Source: Octopus vulgaris (taxonomy: Eukaryota). From it: 64,000 nt of DNA. The position numbers were made by a program, and so were the translations under genes. Below, in pieces: positions 12,893 through 24,079 of this stretch (the first letter of the stretch is position 1; each line of letters opens with the position of its first letter). The stretch covers positions 76,880,001 to 76,944,000 of the forward strand of contig OX597827.1 of assembly GCA_951406725.2 (NCBI GenBank). The letters run 5' to 3'. Under the pieces are notes generated by a model that was not told the DNA's origin, did not search any database, and was given only the letters and a program-made list of their open reading frames with translations.

Positions 12893-13243
12893 TTTGACCC
12901 TTTTCACAGCAATCTACCCAAGACCACCCCTGCTTCTACAATACAAATTTCCTGTGTCAAGTGATCTAAATGAAAGTGTTACATCGAAATTCTGTTTATC
13001 AATTTATGTTCCAAATACCTATTTCTTTACTGCCCACAAGGGGCTAAACACAGAGGGGACAAACAAGGACAGACAAACGGATTGAGTCAATTACATCGAC
13101 CCCAGTGCGGAACTGGTACTTAATTTATCAACCATGAAAGGATGAAACTCAGAACAGCTTTAAAATGACAAAGTTGCTTTACTAAATTTATATCAAAAAA
13201 TAAGGGCAGGGTGTTTCAACAGAATGGTAACAAAAGCATTAAA
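12893..13243. mobile_element. Degenerate TTAA-type MITE (family G) interrupted by SINE D at 13020-13155 (-)
   Basis: aatttatgttccaaa / tttcaacagaatggtaacaaaag motifs shared with the copy at 37436. Confidence 0.65.
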
Positions 13244-13511
13244 GTGAGCAGAAGGAGGAGGAGGAAGAGGACATGAGTCAGTGATGAAATCTTTCGCTGA
13301 GCAGGCAAGAGGCATTCCACAGTACATAAGGTTCAGTTACTGTTTGTGAGGCACAGCATGGGCGGAAAAAAATGTGAGTCCAATTGAGCAAACCAAAGTG
13401 TGATGTCACCAGAGTATGCAGGCAAGCTGGGAAGGCTCATCTTTTAATTCAAAACAATGGGAATAAAAAAGGATTACATTTGACAGAATAATCTGAATGC
13501 TAAAGGGTTAA

Positions 13512-13772
13512 ACCTGGTACTTATTTTATCAGTGTCTTTTCCCAAACTGCTAAGTTATGGGGACATAAACACACCAACATCGGTTGTCAAGTGGTGACGT
13601 GGGGGGGGGGGGGGGACAAATACAGACACAAAATCAGTCAGTCATACATACATATATAACAGGTTTCTTTTAGTTTCTGTCTACCAAAGGCTTGCCCAAG
13701 CTGCCACACAGTGGGACCGAATCCAGCACCCATTAGCCAGGAAGCAAGCTTCTTACCCAACAGCCATACCTG
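13512..13772 (-). mobile_element. SINE family A, degenerate
   Basis: Similarity to the family A consensus. Confidence 0.8.
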
Positions 13773-14134
13773 TTTAATTATTTTAACTATTCTCCAGCCA
13801 AGGCAAGGATTCGCTGGCTACGGGGACTGTCCCTGTTGCTCAACTAGAGGAAACAGCCCCTACAAACACTGACACAACTCAGCTAACAACCCTAAAAGCT
13901 GATATTCAAGTCACACCCTTCAACTATTTCAGCTCCCAGATCATCAAGTGAAATGATCATATTCCACAGATCTCAACCCATTTTCATTTCAAAAGGAGGG
14001 GTGGAAGGTTGGTTAAATGCTCCATTTACATTGCTTGGTAGCATGGCAGTTTATGAGACACAGGGACAGGAGGAAGAGGGGAAGAAGGGACAAAGAGAGA
14101 GAGGGGGAAGAGGTGGGGTTGCTAGTAGCTTTCC

Positions 14135-14174
<40 letters not shown>

Positions 14175-14863
14175 CAGCAGGCTACTGGGTAAAGTTTCTA
14201 TAATGATAAAGGGGGTCCTCCATAGAGAGTTTAACAGCTGTGGGAGTGGAATGAGGGTGGAAGTGAATAGGATAGTGGTAATGGTGGTGGTGGTGGGAAA
14301 GAGTGGTGGTGGTGGTGGGAAAGAGTGGTGGTGGTGGTGGGAGGGGAGAGGTGGAAGGGCGGTCTTTTGAATGGGGGTTTTGTGGAGGGGAGGGGAATGG
14401 AGTGTTGTTCCAGAGGGAGGAGGGGGGGATTAAAGGGAGTGAAGATAGGGGGATTTAGGTGGAATAGGGAGTGGGGTGTGGATGTGAAAGATGGGGTTGG
14501 GTGGGGAGGCGTGGGCCCTGGTTAAAAAAACTTGGAAGATGAAATATGTTGAAAGAAAAATAAAGGGAAACGCCACATGAAATGACATGTTTTTATATCA
14601 AATTATTTCACACACACACACACACACACTATTCATATGATGTGTATATTTACACACACTTCTATACAGACATCCCCATCCACACACATGTACAAACACA
14701 CACACACACACATATATACATACAGTATTTACACATACACTCATTCGCATGGGGTGTGCATATATATACATGTACATACATGTATGCACACACATGTGCA
14801 TACATACCTCAAATTTACACACCCATTCACATGAACATAAGTGTATATATACACATAAGGTAC

Positions 14864-15204
14864 AGGCGTGGCTGTGTGGTAAGAAGCTTGCTTCCCAACC
14901 ACATGGTTCCGGGTTCAGTTCCACTGTGTGGCACCTTGGGAGTGGATTTGGTAGATGGAAACTGAAAGAAGCCCGTCATATGTATACATATGTGTGTGTG
15001 TGTCTTTGTTTGTCCTCCCACCATTGCTTGTCAATCAGTGTTAATGTGTTTACATCTCTGTAACTTAGCAGTTCGGCAAAAATCATCAATAGAATAAGTA
15101 CTAAGCTTAGAAAAAATAAGTCCTAGGGTTGATTTGTCCGACTAAAGGCAGTGCTCCAGCATGGCCACAGTCAAATGACTGAAACAAGTAAAAGAATAAA
15201 AGAG
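14864..15204 (+). mobile_element. SINE family A with an internal deletion
   Basis: A and B boxes and the 3' tail are present. Confidence 0.9.
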
Positions 15205-15479
15205 TATATATATATATATAATATATAAATAATATATAAATATAAGCATATATACATACACATATGTACATACCTACACGTGCGTGTGTGTATACATTCA
15301 AGGCCCACAAAAGTTTATATGCCAACTCATATTTAGATGTATATATACATACACTGCTCAAACAGATTTATACACCCATTCACAAGTACATATGTGTATA
15401 CACTGTCCAAGCACATTTATACACCATTCACAAAGACATATATACACACACTGATCAAACTCATTTGTACAGTCATTCA

Positions 15480-15683
15480 CTTACGTGCAGGTGGCACGTA
15501 AAAAGCACCCACTACACTCACGGAGTGGTTGGCGTTAGGAAGGGCATCCAGCTGTAGAAACACTGCCAGATAAGACCGGAGCCTGGTGCAGCCTTCTGGC
15601 TTCCCAGATCCCCGGTCGAACCGTCCAACCCATGCTAGCATGGAGAACGGACGTTAAACGACGATGATGATGATGATGATGAT
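15480..15683 (+). mobile_element. Family C retroposon with (GAT)n tail
   Basis: ggcgttaggaagggcatccagctgtagaaa...ggacgttaaacgacgatgat. Confidence 0.9.
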
Positions 15684-15691
15684 ATATGTGT

Positions 15692-15840
15692 GCGTTCTGA
15701 GTTCAAATTCCGCCGAGGTTGACTTTGCCGTTCATCCTTTTGGGGTTGATAAATTAAGTACCAGTTGCATAATGGGGGCCATCTAATCGACTGCACCCCA
15801 TCCCCCAAAATTTCAGGCCTCATGCCTAGAGTAGAAAACA
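15692..15840 (+). mobile_element. SINE family D fragment
   Basis: gttctgagttcaaattccgccgagg...caaaatttcaggcc. Confidence 0.85.
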
Positions 15841-15877
15841 ATGTGTGTGTGTGTGTGTGTGTGTCTTCTGCTTCTTT

Positions 15878-16282
15878 CACTCGTTAGATTATGGCCATAC
15901 TGGGGCACTGCCTTGAAGAATTTTTTATCAAACAAATCTCCCCCAGTGCTTTTTTCTTCTTTTTTTTCATTGTCTTATCAAACCTCGTACTTATTCTAGC
16001 AGACTCTTATGCCGAACTTTTAAGTTATGGGGATGTATACAAACCAACACCGGTAGCCAAGCAGTGATGGGGGACAAACACAGACACAAAGACACACAAA
16101 TAGAGATAAGCGTATGTGTGTGTATGACAGGCTTCTTTCAGTTTCCATCTACCAAACCCACTCATAAGGCCTTGGTCAGCCTAAGACTATAGTAGAAGAT
16201 ACTTGTCCAAGGTGCCATGCAGTTGGACTGAACCTGAAACCATGTGGTTGGAAAGCAAACTTTTTACCACACAACCATACCT
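15878..16282 (-). mobile_element. SINE family A
   Basis: Reverse complement of the consensus. Confidence 0.85.
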
Positions 16283-16299
16283 GTATGTGTTTGTGTGTG

Positions 16300-16347
<48 letters not shown>

Positions 16348-16660
16348 TACATACAATTGGTTATTCTATATATATACATACATATATTTGGTTATTCTAC
16401 CAATTATAAACGTTTTTATTATTTTTTTGCAATTTACTTAATCATCGATATATTATTGTTATTTTAATTTTAATATTTCTATTATATGTAATTTTCTAGA
16501 TGGTGTAATTTAATTGTTCATTTTGAATTGATAAAAGGTTTTTTTTTCTAATTATATATATATATATATATATATTTATATTATATTGTGTGAAATTTGA
16601 TCTAGTATTACTAAATTGAATTTTTCCCTGTAAGTTAGGATTAATATTCCTTCAAATAAT

Positions 16661-16703
<43 letters not shown>

Positions 16704-16783
16704 TGTTATATGCATGCATGGCTGTGTGGTAGGAGGCTTGCTTTCCAACCACATGTGTATGTATGTGTGTGTGTATGTATATA

Positions 16784-16855
<72 letters not shown>

Positions 16856-17059
16856 ACCACCACCAATAAATGACTCAACAACTGTGAAACAGGAGTGCTT
16901 CTCCTATTCCCAGCCAGATAGAGAGAAGCTATGAGAATAACAGGGTCTCGCTTGACTGAACAAACACTGACACAACAGCATGGTTTGAATTCATGACCTT
17001 GAAATTAGTAAGACCTCAGTTCACTGACCCTCCAACACCTCCTACAATTTATTGCTGGC

Positions 17060-17430
17060 ATGGCTGGGTGGTTAAGAACTTTCCTTTGCAACTATGTGAT
17101 TCAAAGTTCAATCTCACAGTAAATGTGTTGTTCTTGGACAAGGGTCTTCTACTGTAACCTCAGGCCAATCAATGTTTTGTGAGTGGATCTGGTATATGGA
17201 AACTGAATGAAGCCTGTGTGTGTGTGCGCACATGTAAGTGTCTTCTCATATGATAGCTGTCATACAAGCAGTGTCCATTTCCAATCTTCCACGAAAACCT
17301 GTCTGGCCATAGGAAAATATTATTGTTTGGAAAGAGGTGAGGGTCACTGACAGGAAGGGCATCTGACCATAGAAAATTTGCCTCAACAAACTCCACCCAA
17401 CCTATGTGAGGATGAGGATGATGATGATGT
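17060..17430 (+). mobile_element. Composite SINE (A head with C-like tail), degenerate
   Basis: Same architecture as the copy at 12174. Confidence 0.7.
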
Positions 17431-17972
17431 GTATTTAGCCTCGTTGTTCGTTTCAGTCCCAGGAGGGGTTGGAAGGCTGTAGAGCATCTAGCAACGGAGA
17501 TGAAACCAACCCGTTTTCAATATTAATAAATAATCAGACCTAAGTTCCCTCACCTCATCCCCTGCCACCTCACAGACAAACTTGTTTACATTTGAAGAAG
17601 CAACCTAACACTGCTATCATCAGCAGTTCGGGAGAGAGAGAGAGAGAGAGAGAAATATGAGACGGCCTTGGTGAATTATTAAATAACACTAAAAGAGCTC
17701 AGTTCAATCCCATCACAATCTACTGAAAAGGGACCCTCATGGGCCAAATTTAATCGCAAGACTTCATAAATTTTTTAACGTTTTTTTTATTTTTTTTTTT
17801 TTTATGATTTGATCCAGAGAAAGGTGCTGGGCCCATGAGCTTCACAATACAGTTGCTCAGTTTTTGGAATTCATTTTTTTAATTTCCTTTCATGGATTGA
17901 AACAAGTATCTGAAGCACTTGAGGGGTGTGCAGTGAGCAATTGTTGGTAGATTTAATATTTAAGGTAGAAAC

Positions 17973-18003
<31 letters not shown>

Positions 18004-18420
18004 GAAGTGGTGAACTGACAGAATCAGTGGCATGCTGGGCGAAATGCTTAGTGGTATTTCATCTGTCTTCACGTTCTGAGTTCAAATTCCGCCGAGGTCG
18101 ACTTTGCCTTTCATCCTTTCAGGGTCGATTAAATAAGTACCAGTTATGCACTGGGGTCGATATAATCGACTTAATCCCTTTGTCTGTCCTTGTTTTGTCC
18201 TCTCTGTGTTTAACCCCTTATGAGTAGTAAAGAAATAGGTATTTCATCTGTCTTTACATTCTGAGTTCAAATGCTACCGAGGTTGACTTTGCCTTTCATC
18301 CTTTCGGGGTGGATAAATTAAATACCAGTTGAATACTGGGGTCAATGTAATCAACTATCCCCCTCCCCCAAATTTCAGGCCTTGTGCCTATAGTAAAAAG
18401 GATTATTATTATTATTATTA
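18004..18420 (+). mobile_element. Two tandem SINE family D copies with two tail variants
   Basis: B box GAGTTCAAATTCC; gactttgcctttcatcctttc core; the second copy ends in (TAT)n. Confidence 0.9.
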
Positions 18421-18423
18421 CCA

Positions 18424-18862
18424 TCATCATCATCATTGAAGACGTCGTACAGTACCCGATATTGTGATGTTGTGGATTGAAGATATTGCGTCTGCCAGGG
18501 GTTTGCACTGTCTGTCAAGTCACAACAATGGCCTCAGACATGCAACACTTTACACCGTGTGTGTGTGTGTGTGTTTACGCAGTTCCAAGTAAAGCTGATT
18601 TTAACAACAGACCAAGAGCATAAGGTATTTCTAAAGTATCCAGCAGTTTCTTCAGGTTGGGTGGTATTGAACCCAAGGCTCCGATGACAAGAGAAACAAC
18701 ATTATTGCTTGAGTCTCCCAGCTGCTACACCTTGGCAATCTCAATTTCCAGGTCTCTGTATTTGTCGACCATTTCTCTTTCTTTCACGATACGTTGATCT
18801 CCTGCTACGTCAATAACTAAGCACTTTTGCTTGTCCCTCTTAAAAGTTACTATATCCAGCCA
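18424..18862 (-). mobile_element. R4/Dong-like non-LTR retrotransposon 3' fragment (restriction-like endonuclease)
   Basis: Translates with a frameshift to LDIVTFKRDKQKCLVIDVAGDQRIVKEREMVDKYRDLEIEIAKV*...VIGALGSIPPNLKKLLDTLEI...LLKSALLGTA. Confidence 0.85.
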
Positions 18863-18889
18863 CCCCTATTATTATTATCATTATTATAC

Positions 18890-19290
18890 AAGGCAGTGGA
18901 GCTGGCAGAATCAGTAGCACACCGGGCAAAATGCTTAGTGGCATTTTGTCCATCCTTACGTTCAGAGTTCAAATTCCAATGGGGTTGACTTTGCCATCAA
19001 TATTTTCAGGGTCGATAAATTAAGTACCAGTGGAATACTGAGATCAATGTAATCGACTTAAACCCCTCACCCAAAATTTCAGGCCTTGTGCCTTTAGTAG
19101 AAAGGATTATTATTATTATTATTATTATTATACAAGGAGGCAAGCTGGCAGAATTGTTTCTGTATCAGACAAAATGCTCAACAGCATTTCTTCCGACTAC
19201 ACTGTGAGTTCAAATACCACCAGGGTCAACTTTGCCTTTCGTGCAGGTTGATAAGTACTGGGGTCAATGTATTTGCCTTAGCCCCTGCTC
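18890..19290 (+). mobile_element. Two further tandem SINE family D copies
   Basis: gctggcagaat head repeated; copies separated by (TAT)n. Confidence 0.85.
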
Positions 19291-19417
19291 CCAAATTTAA
19301 AACCAATATTTAATGTAAAGGTAATAAATTATGCAGAAATAAATAACGAGGTGTCTCAGTATAGCAATTTAATAAGAGAGCAGGTCTTGAGTTCAGGTCA
19401 TGAGAGGACAAACAGCT

Positions 19418-19857
19418 TTAACCCTTTTGATACCAATCCACCTGAGACCACCCCCACTGGTTCTATGATACAAACTTTCTGAGATTTAACCCTTTAGTGT
19501 TCAGATTATTCTATCAAACATAATGTTTATTGATTCACATTGATTTGAATTAATCATGCATTATCTCATGTCTTCAAGATCTTGATGGTGTAATTACTTA
19601 ATGTAGAATAACATTGTAGGGTAGGTGTGAGGGCCTGGATCTGGTCAGTTTGAACATAAAACAGATTAAATATTTTGGCCGGATATGGCCGGTTTAAATA
19701 CTAAAGGGTTAAAGTGGTCTAAATTTAAAACTAACAAAATTTCATTTTAATTTTTGTTCCAAACACTAGCTTATTTCACTAAATTCTTCATTATTTTTAA
19801 AATTTACTGAAAGAAGGACAGTGTATTTCAACAGAAATATGGTAACGAAAGGGTTAA
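19418..19857. mobile_element. piggyBac-type MITE (family G-like) hosting a nested MITE
   Basis: TTAA|CCCTTTTGATACCA ... TGGTAACGAAAGGG|TTAA. Confidence 0.85.
19486..19712. mobile_element. piggyBac-type MITE, family H (nested)
   Basis: TTAA|CCCTTTAGTGTT ... AATACTAAAGGG|TTAA. Confidence 0.9.
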
Positions 19858-20361
19858 AGTGATCTAAACCCACCCACACATACAATGTTGTAGTCACTGC
19901 CCAAAACAGAAAAAAGGCAACACCTGAATGTGAAGTGAATCACCCAATAGCCCAGCTTTCTATCCAGGGGGAGATTTAACTCATCTGTTTTGCGAAGGTT
20001 CAACACTGAGTCTTTAACCTGTGATTTTTGAACGAATAAATTATATGAGCTGATAGTCAAATAATCAATTAGCAATATTAATTAGCAATGTTAGGCAAAT
20101 GATTAATTAATTAACAACATTAGTCATCATTAGCAATACTATTAATTGGCTGATAGTAAGTCGTCAATTAAACAAAATGATAGTTAAGTAATCCTATAAC
20201 AACACTAATTAGCAAATAGTTAAACCACTAATTAGCTATATTAGCATTAAACCACCAATTACTATAATAATTAGCTATGTTAGCTAATTATTACAGTAAC
20301 TGTTTTTATATATATATATGTGTGTGTGTGTGTGCGTATATAGATATATATATATTATATG

Positions 20362-20743
20362 GAAGCACTCCGTCGGTTACGATGACGAGGGTTCCGGTTG
20401 ATCCGAATCAACGGAACAGCCTGCTCGTGAAATTAACGTGTAAGTGACTGAGCACTCCACAGACACATGTACCCTTAACGTAGTTCTCGGGGATATTCAG
20501 CATGACACAGAGAGTGACAAGGCCGGCCCTTTGAAATACAGGTACAACAGAAACAGGAAGTAAGAGTGAGAGAAAGTTGTGGTGAAAGAGTTACAGCAGG
20601 GATCACCACCATCCCCTGCCGGAGCCTCGTGGAGCTTTAGGTGTTTTCGCTCAATAAACACTCACAATGCCCGGTCTGGGAATCGAAACCGCAATCCTAT
20701 GACCATGAGTCCGCTGCCCCAACCACTGGCCATTGCATCTCCA
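20362..20743 (-). mobile_element. SINE family B
   Basis: Reverse complement of the copy at 3508. Confidence 0.92.
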
Positions 20744-20758
20744 CATATATTATATATA

Positions 20759-21824
20759 CAGGTTGGGTGAATAAATTGTTGTCTAAATTACGCAAAAATG
20801 AAAATAACACTGACATCTCATGTTAACAGATATATTTACCAAAATTACATTAAAATATCTTGAAATACTAAAGAGTAAAAGTATTCAATAAAATCGCCAT
20901 TGGTTCCAACCACAGCCTCCAGACAACTTTGGAATCTCCTACATCTCTTCTGGACAGTCTCCTTGTTTAAGTTGGTGAATGCTGACATAATCCGTGCCTT
21001 CAGTTCATCTTTGGTGTTACAAAGAGTTTTGTTGGTCACTCGCTCAACTGCACTCCAAAGAGGTTGCAGTTCTGGGGAGTTAGGTGACCAGATGTTAAAG
21101 GTGATGTGGTTGCAGAAATTGTCTGACAACCACGACTGGATTCTCCTGCTTGTAGGACATGGTGCAGAGTCCTATTGCCAGACATAGGGTCTTCCAGCAG
21201 TCACCCTCTTGACCCAGGGCAGCACTACTTCCTCCTAGCTCTTGATGTAGGCCTCCATGTTTAGTCTGATGAAGGGAGGCATAATGTGAGTTTTCTGAGC
21301 TGCCATACTTTCATAATCATTATTAGATTCATCCAACTCTTTCCAAATCCTCTGCACTGTCCTCAGACTAACACCCAAACACTCTCAAACATTTGTATTG
21401 GAGCTTCTGGCTCAAATGCCAAGCTGTACAGCTTGTCCTTTACAAATTTCTAGCAGAGTGAATTGCATCATGGTGCTGTTTTTCTCACAGACGATGCCCA
21501 ACTGACCCTAATATACTGTGTAGTCGACAGAATCAAAAACAGACAATGCGCATACACGAAATTAACCCTTTAGTGTTCAGATTATTCCATCAAACATAAT
21601 ACCTATTGATTCCCATTGATTTGAATTAATCATGCATTATCTCATGTCTTCAAGATCTTGATGGTGTAATTACTTAATGTAGAATAACATTGTAGGGTAG
21701 GTGTGAGAGCCTGGATCTGGTCAGTTTGAACATAAAACAGATTAAATATTTTGGCCGGATATGGCCGGTTTAAATACTAAAGGGTTAATGGTATAAAATG
21801 GCGACAATTTACCCATCACACCCT
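20759..21824 (-). mobile_element. Decayed Tc1/mariner-superfamily DNA transposon (DD37D/maT-like)
   Basis: Translates to RPYVWQ*DSAPCPTSRRIQSWLSDNF...WSPNSPELQPL..WSAVERVTNK...LEAVVGTNGDFIE. 37 residues follow the second Asp up to the deleted third Asp site. Degenerate TIRs at 20759 and about 21800-21824. Confidence 0.88.
21562..21788. mobile_element. piggyBac-type MITE, family H, inserted in the Tc1/mariner element
   Basis: 227 bp, TTAA-flanked, 6 differences from 19486-19712. Confidence 0.92.
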
Positions 21825-21869
21825 ATGTGTGTGTGTGTATGTATGTATGTATGTATATATATATATATA

Positions 21870-22101
21870 CCTGGTGATCCAAAAAAAGCACTGGTGATGG
21901 TGCCCCACAAAAACCATCGGTGCTTGTTCTACATAAGAATCACCCAGTATACTCTGTGGAATGGTTGGCATCAGGAAGGGCATCTGGTATAGAAACCTTG
22001 CCAAATCAGTCAATGGAACCAAGTGGGGGTCCTGGCCTTGCCAGCCCTTGTCAAACCATCCAACCCATGACAGTATGGAAAACAGATGTTAAATGATGAT
22101 G
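21870..22101 (+). mobile_element. Family C retroposon, degenerate
   Basis: ggttggcatcaggaagggcatc...gttaaatgatgatg. Confidence 0.8.
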
Positions 22102-23074
22102 TTTTAACTTAATCATGGATTATCTCATAACTCTGAGATTTTGATAATGTCATTACTTTATTTTTAGAATGATATTATAGGCAAGGGTCAGAGGCTGGAT
22201 CTGGCCTATGTGAACAGAAAACAAGTAGGATATTTGGGCCAGATATGGTCAGTTTAAATGCCAAATGGTTAAACCACTCTCCGTACTGAAAAATTCATAC
22301 AATCCTTCTTCCCCAATTACCATCCCCTGGAATTCACAACCTGCCAATATCTTCCTGTTCATTACACCAATTCAAACTCATCATTAACTACCTTTAACGA
22401 TTGGCTATCTCAAAGTCCAGGTAGGCCTATAAATAGTTATAAAGACTTATAAATAGTTCAAAGAAAACTATTCCAGGTGAGGAATAATTCAATGTCAATA
22501 CTGTCCTGCAGTGAAGTGGAAAACTTCTAATCAACAAAGGTTATCCAAGTCATGTGGAGACAAAAACTCCCAGCAGGAGTGTTTGAAATTTAAAATCATA
22601 AAGTATAAGAGAAAAGTTAGAAACAAAAGTCTCTTTTTTGCAACCAAAGAAAGAAATGAATTGCACAAACAAAGAGACAGGTAATAATTAAATAATTATA
22701 GTAATTTCTAATCTATAATTAATAATGTAATGGTTGTCGGTTGCACGGAGTCCGTTGGTTCAGCAGAGCAGAAGGCTTGGCAGTAGCAGCAGAAGGAGAT
22801 GGTAAGTAAATAGCAGACCACTACTGTCTGCGAGGTGAAGAATTCTTTTCTCTTTCCGTCTGCCTCTCTCTCTCTTTCTCTCTCTCTCTCCCACTGTGTG
22901 TGTGTGTGTGTGTGTGTGTAGTAAAGAAGAATTTGCTTTAGAAACAGAAATAATTCATAAATGGCTGTCTCAGAATTAATTCCTAAAGCCATGTTAATAT
23001 TGTCATTTGTGAAACAAGACATTCTGTCTCTTTGTTCGGACTGTCAGTGAGTAGTTGAGCATCTGTGTATACAT

Positions 23075-23116
<42 letters not shown>

Positions 23117-23293
23117 GTGTTACAATTGTATACACTTCATCGAGGATATAACCAGGGGGGGGAAGAAGCAGTCAGTCCATTGGTGCCACTTCATCACGTA
23201 ACGCAACACTATATAAATACATGAGGCATACATAAATATTACCTGCAGACAAACACTTGTAAATCTCTATCAAGTTTGATAAATTAGTTCAGC

Positions 23294-23328
<35 letters not shown>

Positions 23329-23479
23329 ATAAAGGGTTTGGGTCTTAAAAGTCGACTTATCTTAATGATGCCAACCGATGGGGCTTCAGCACTAAACAAG
23401 ATGACAACCATTTTCACAAAGTAAAAGACAACGGCTCAGTTTGTCCTTTAAATTTCTATAAGACAACTTCTTTCTTTTA

Positions 23480-23915
23480 CTCTTAGACTCGTTTCAGTCA
23501 TTTGACTGCGACCATGCTGGAGCACCACCTTTAGTCGAGCAAATCAACTCCAGGACTTATTCTTTGTATGTCTAGTACTCATTCTATCGGTCTCTTTTGA
23601 CGAACTGCTAAGTTACGGGGATGTAAACACACCAGCATCGGTTGTCAAGCAATGGTAGGGGACAAACACAGACACACAAATATGTGTGTGTATATGAAAG
23701 AAGCCTGTCATATGTGTGTGTGTATCTGTGTTTGTCCACCACCACTTGACAACCAGTGTTGGTGGGTTTACATCCCTGTAACATATTGAAAGAGGATCAA
23801 CAGAACAAGTACCAGGCTTAAAAGACAAAAGAATAAGTCCTGGGGTCGATTCATACGACCAAAAATTCTACCGCTTGGTGCTCCAGCGTGGCCACAGTCT
23901 AATGACTGAAACAAA
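23480..23915. mobile_element. Inverted pair of SINE family A 3' halves
   Basis: 23480-23682 (-) and 23694-23915 (+). Confidence 0.85.
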
Positions 23916-24079
23916 CAAAACAGCAAAATAACTGCAAACCGTCTTTCCAAAAAAGTAAAATAGAAAGTCAGGGTAGAAATGACTCATAAAAAAAAAAAAA
24001 TTAGGGAGCAGGGGTTCCATTCAAAAATGAAGGAAAACATTAATGATAGAAACATTAAACTGCTCCAAGAGTAAGAAAT

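Noticed and set aside
22420-22810. Plus-strand TATAAATA boxes and a GAGATG|GTAAGT donor at 22802
   Set aside because: No downstream plus-strand exon could be supported, and such motifs are frequent in AT-rich DNA.
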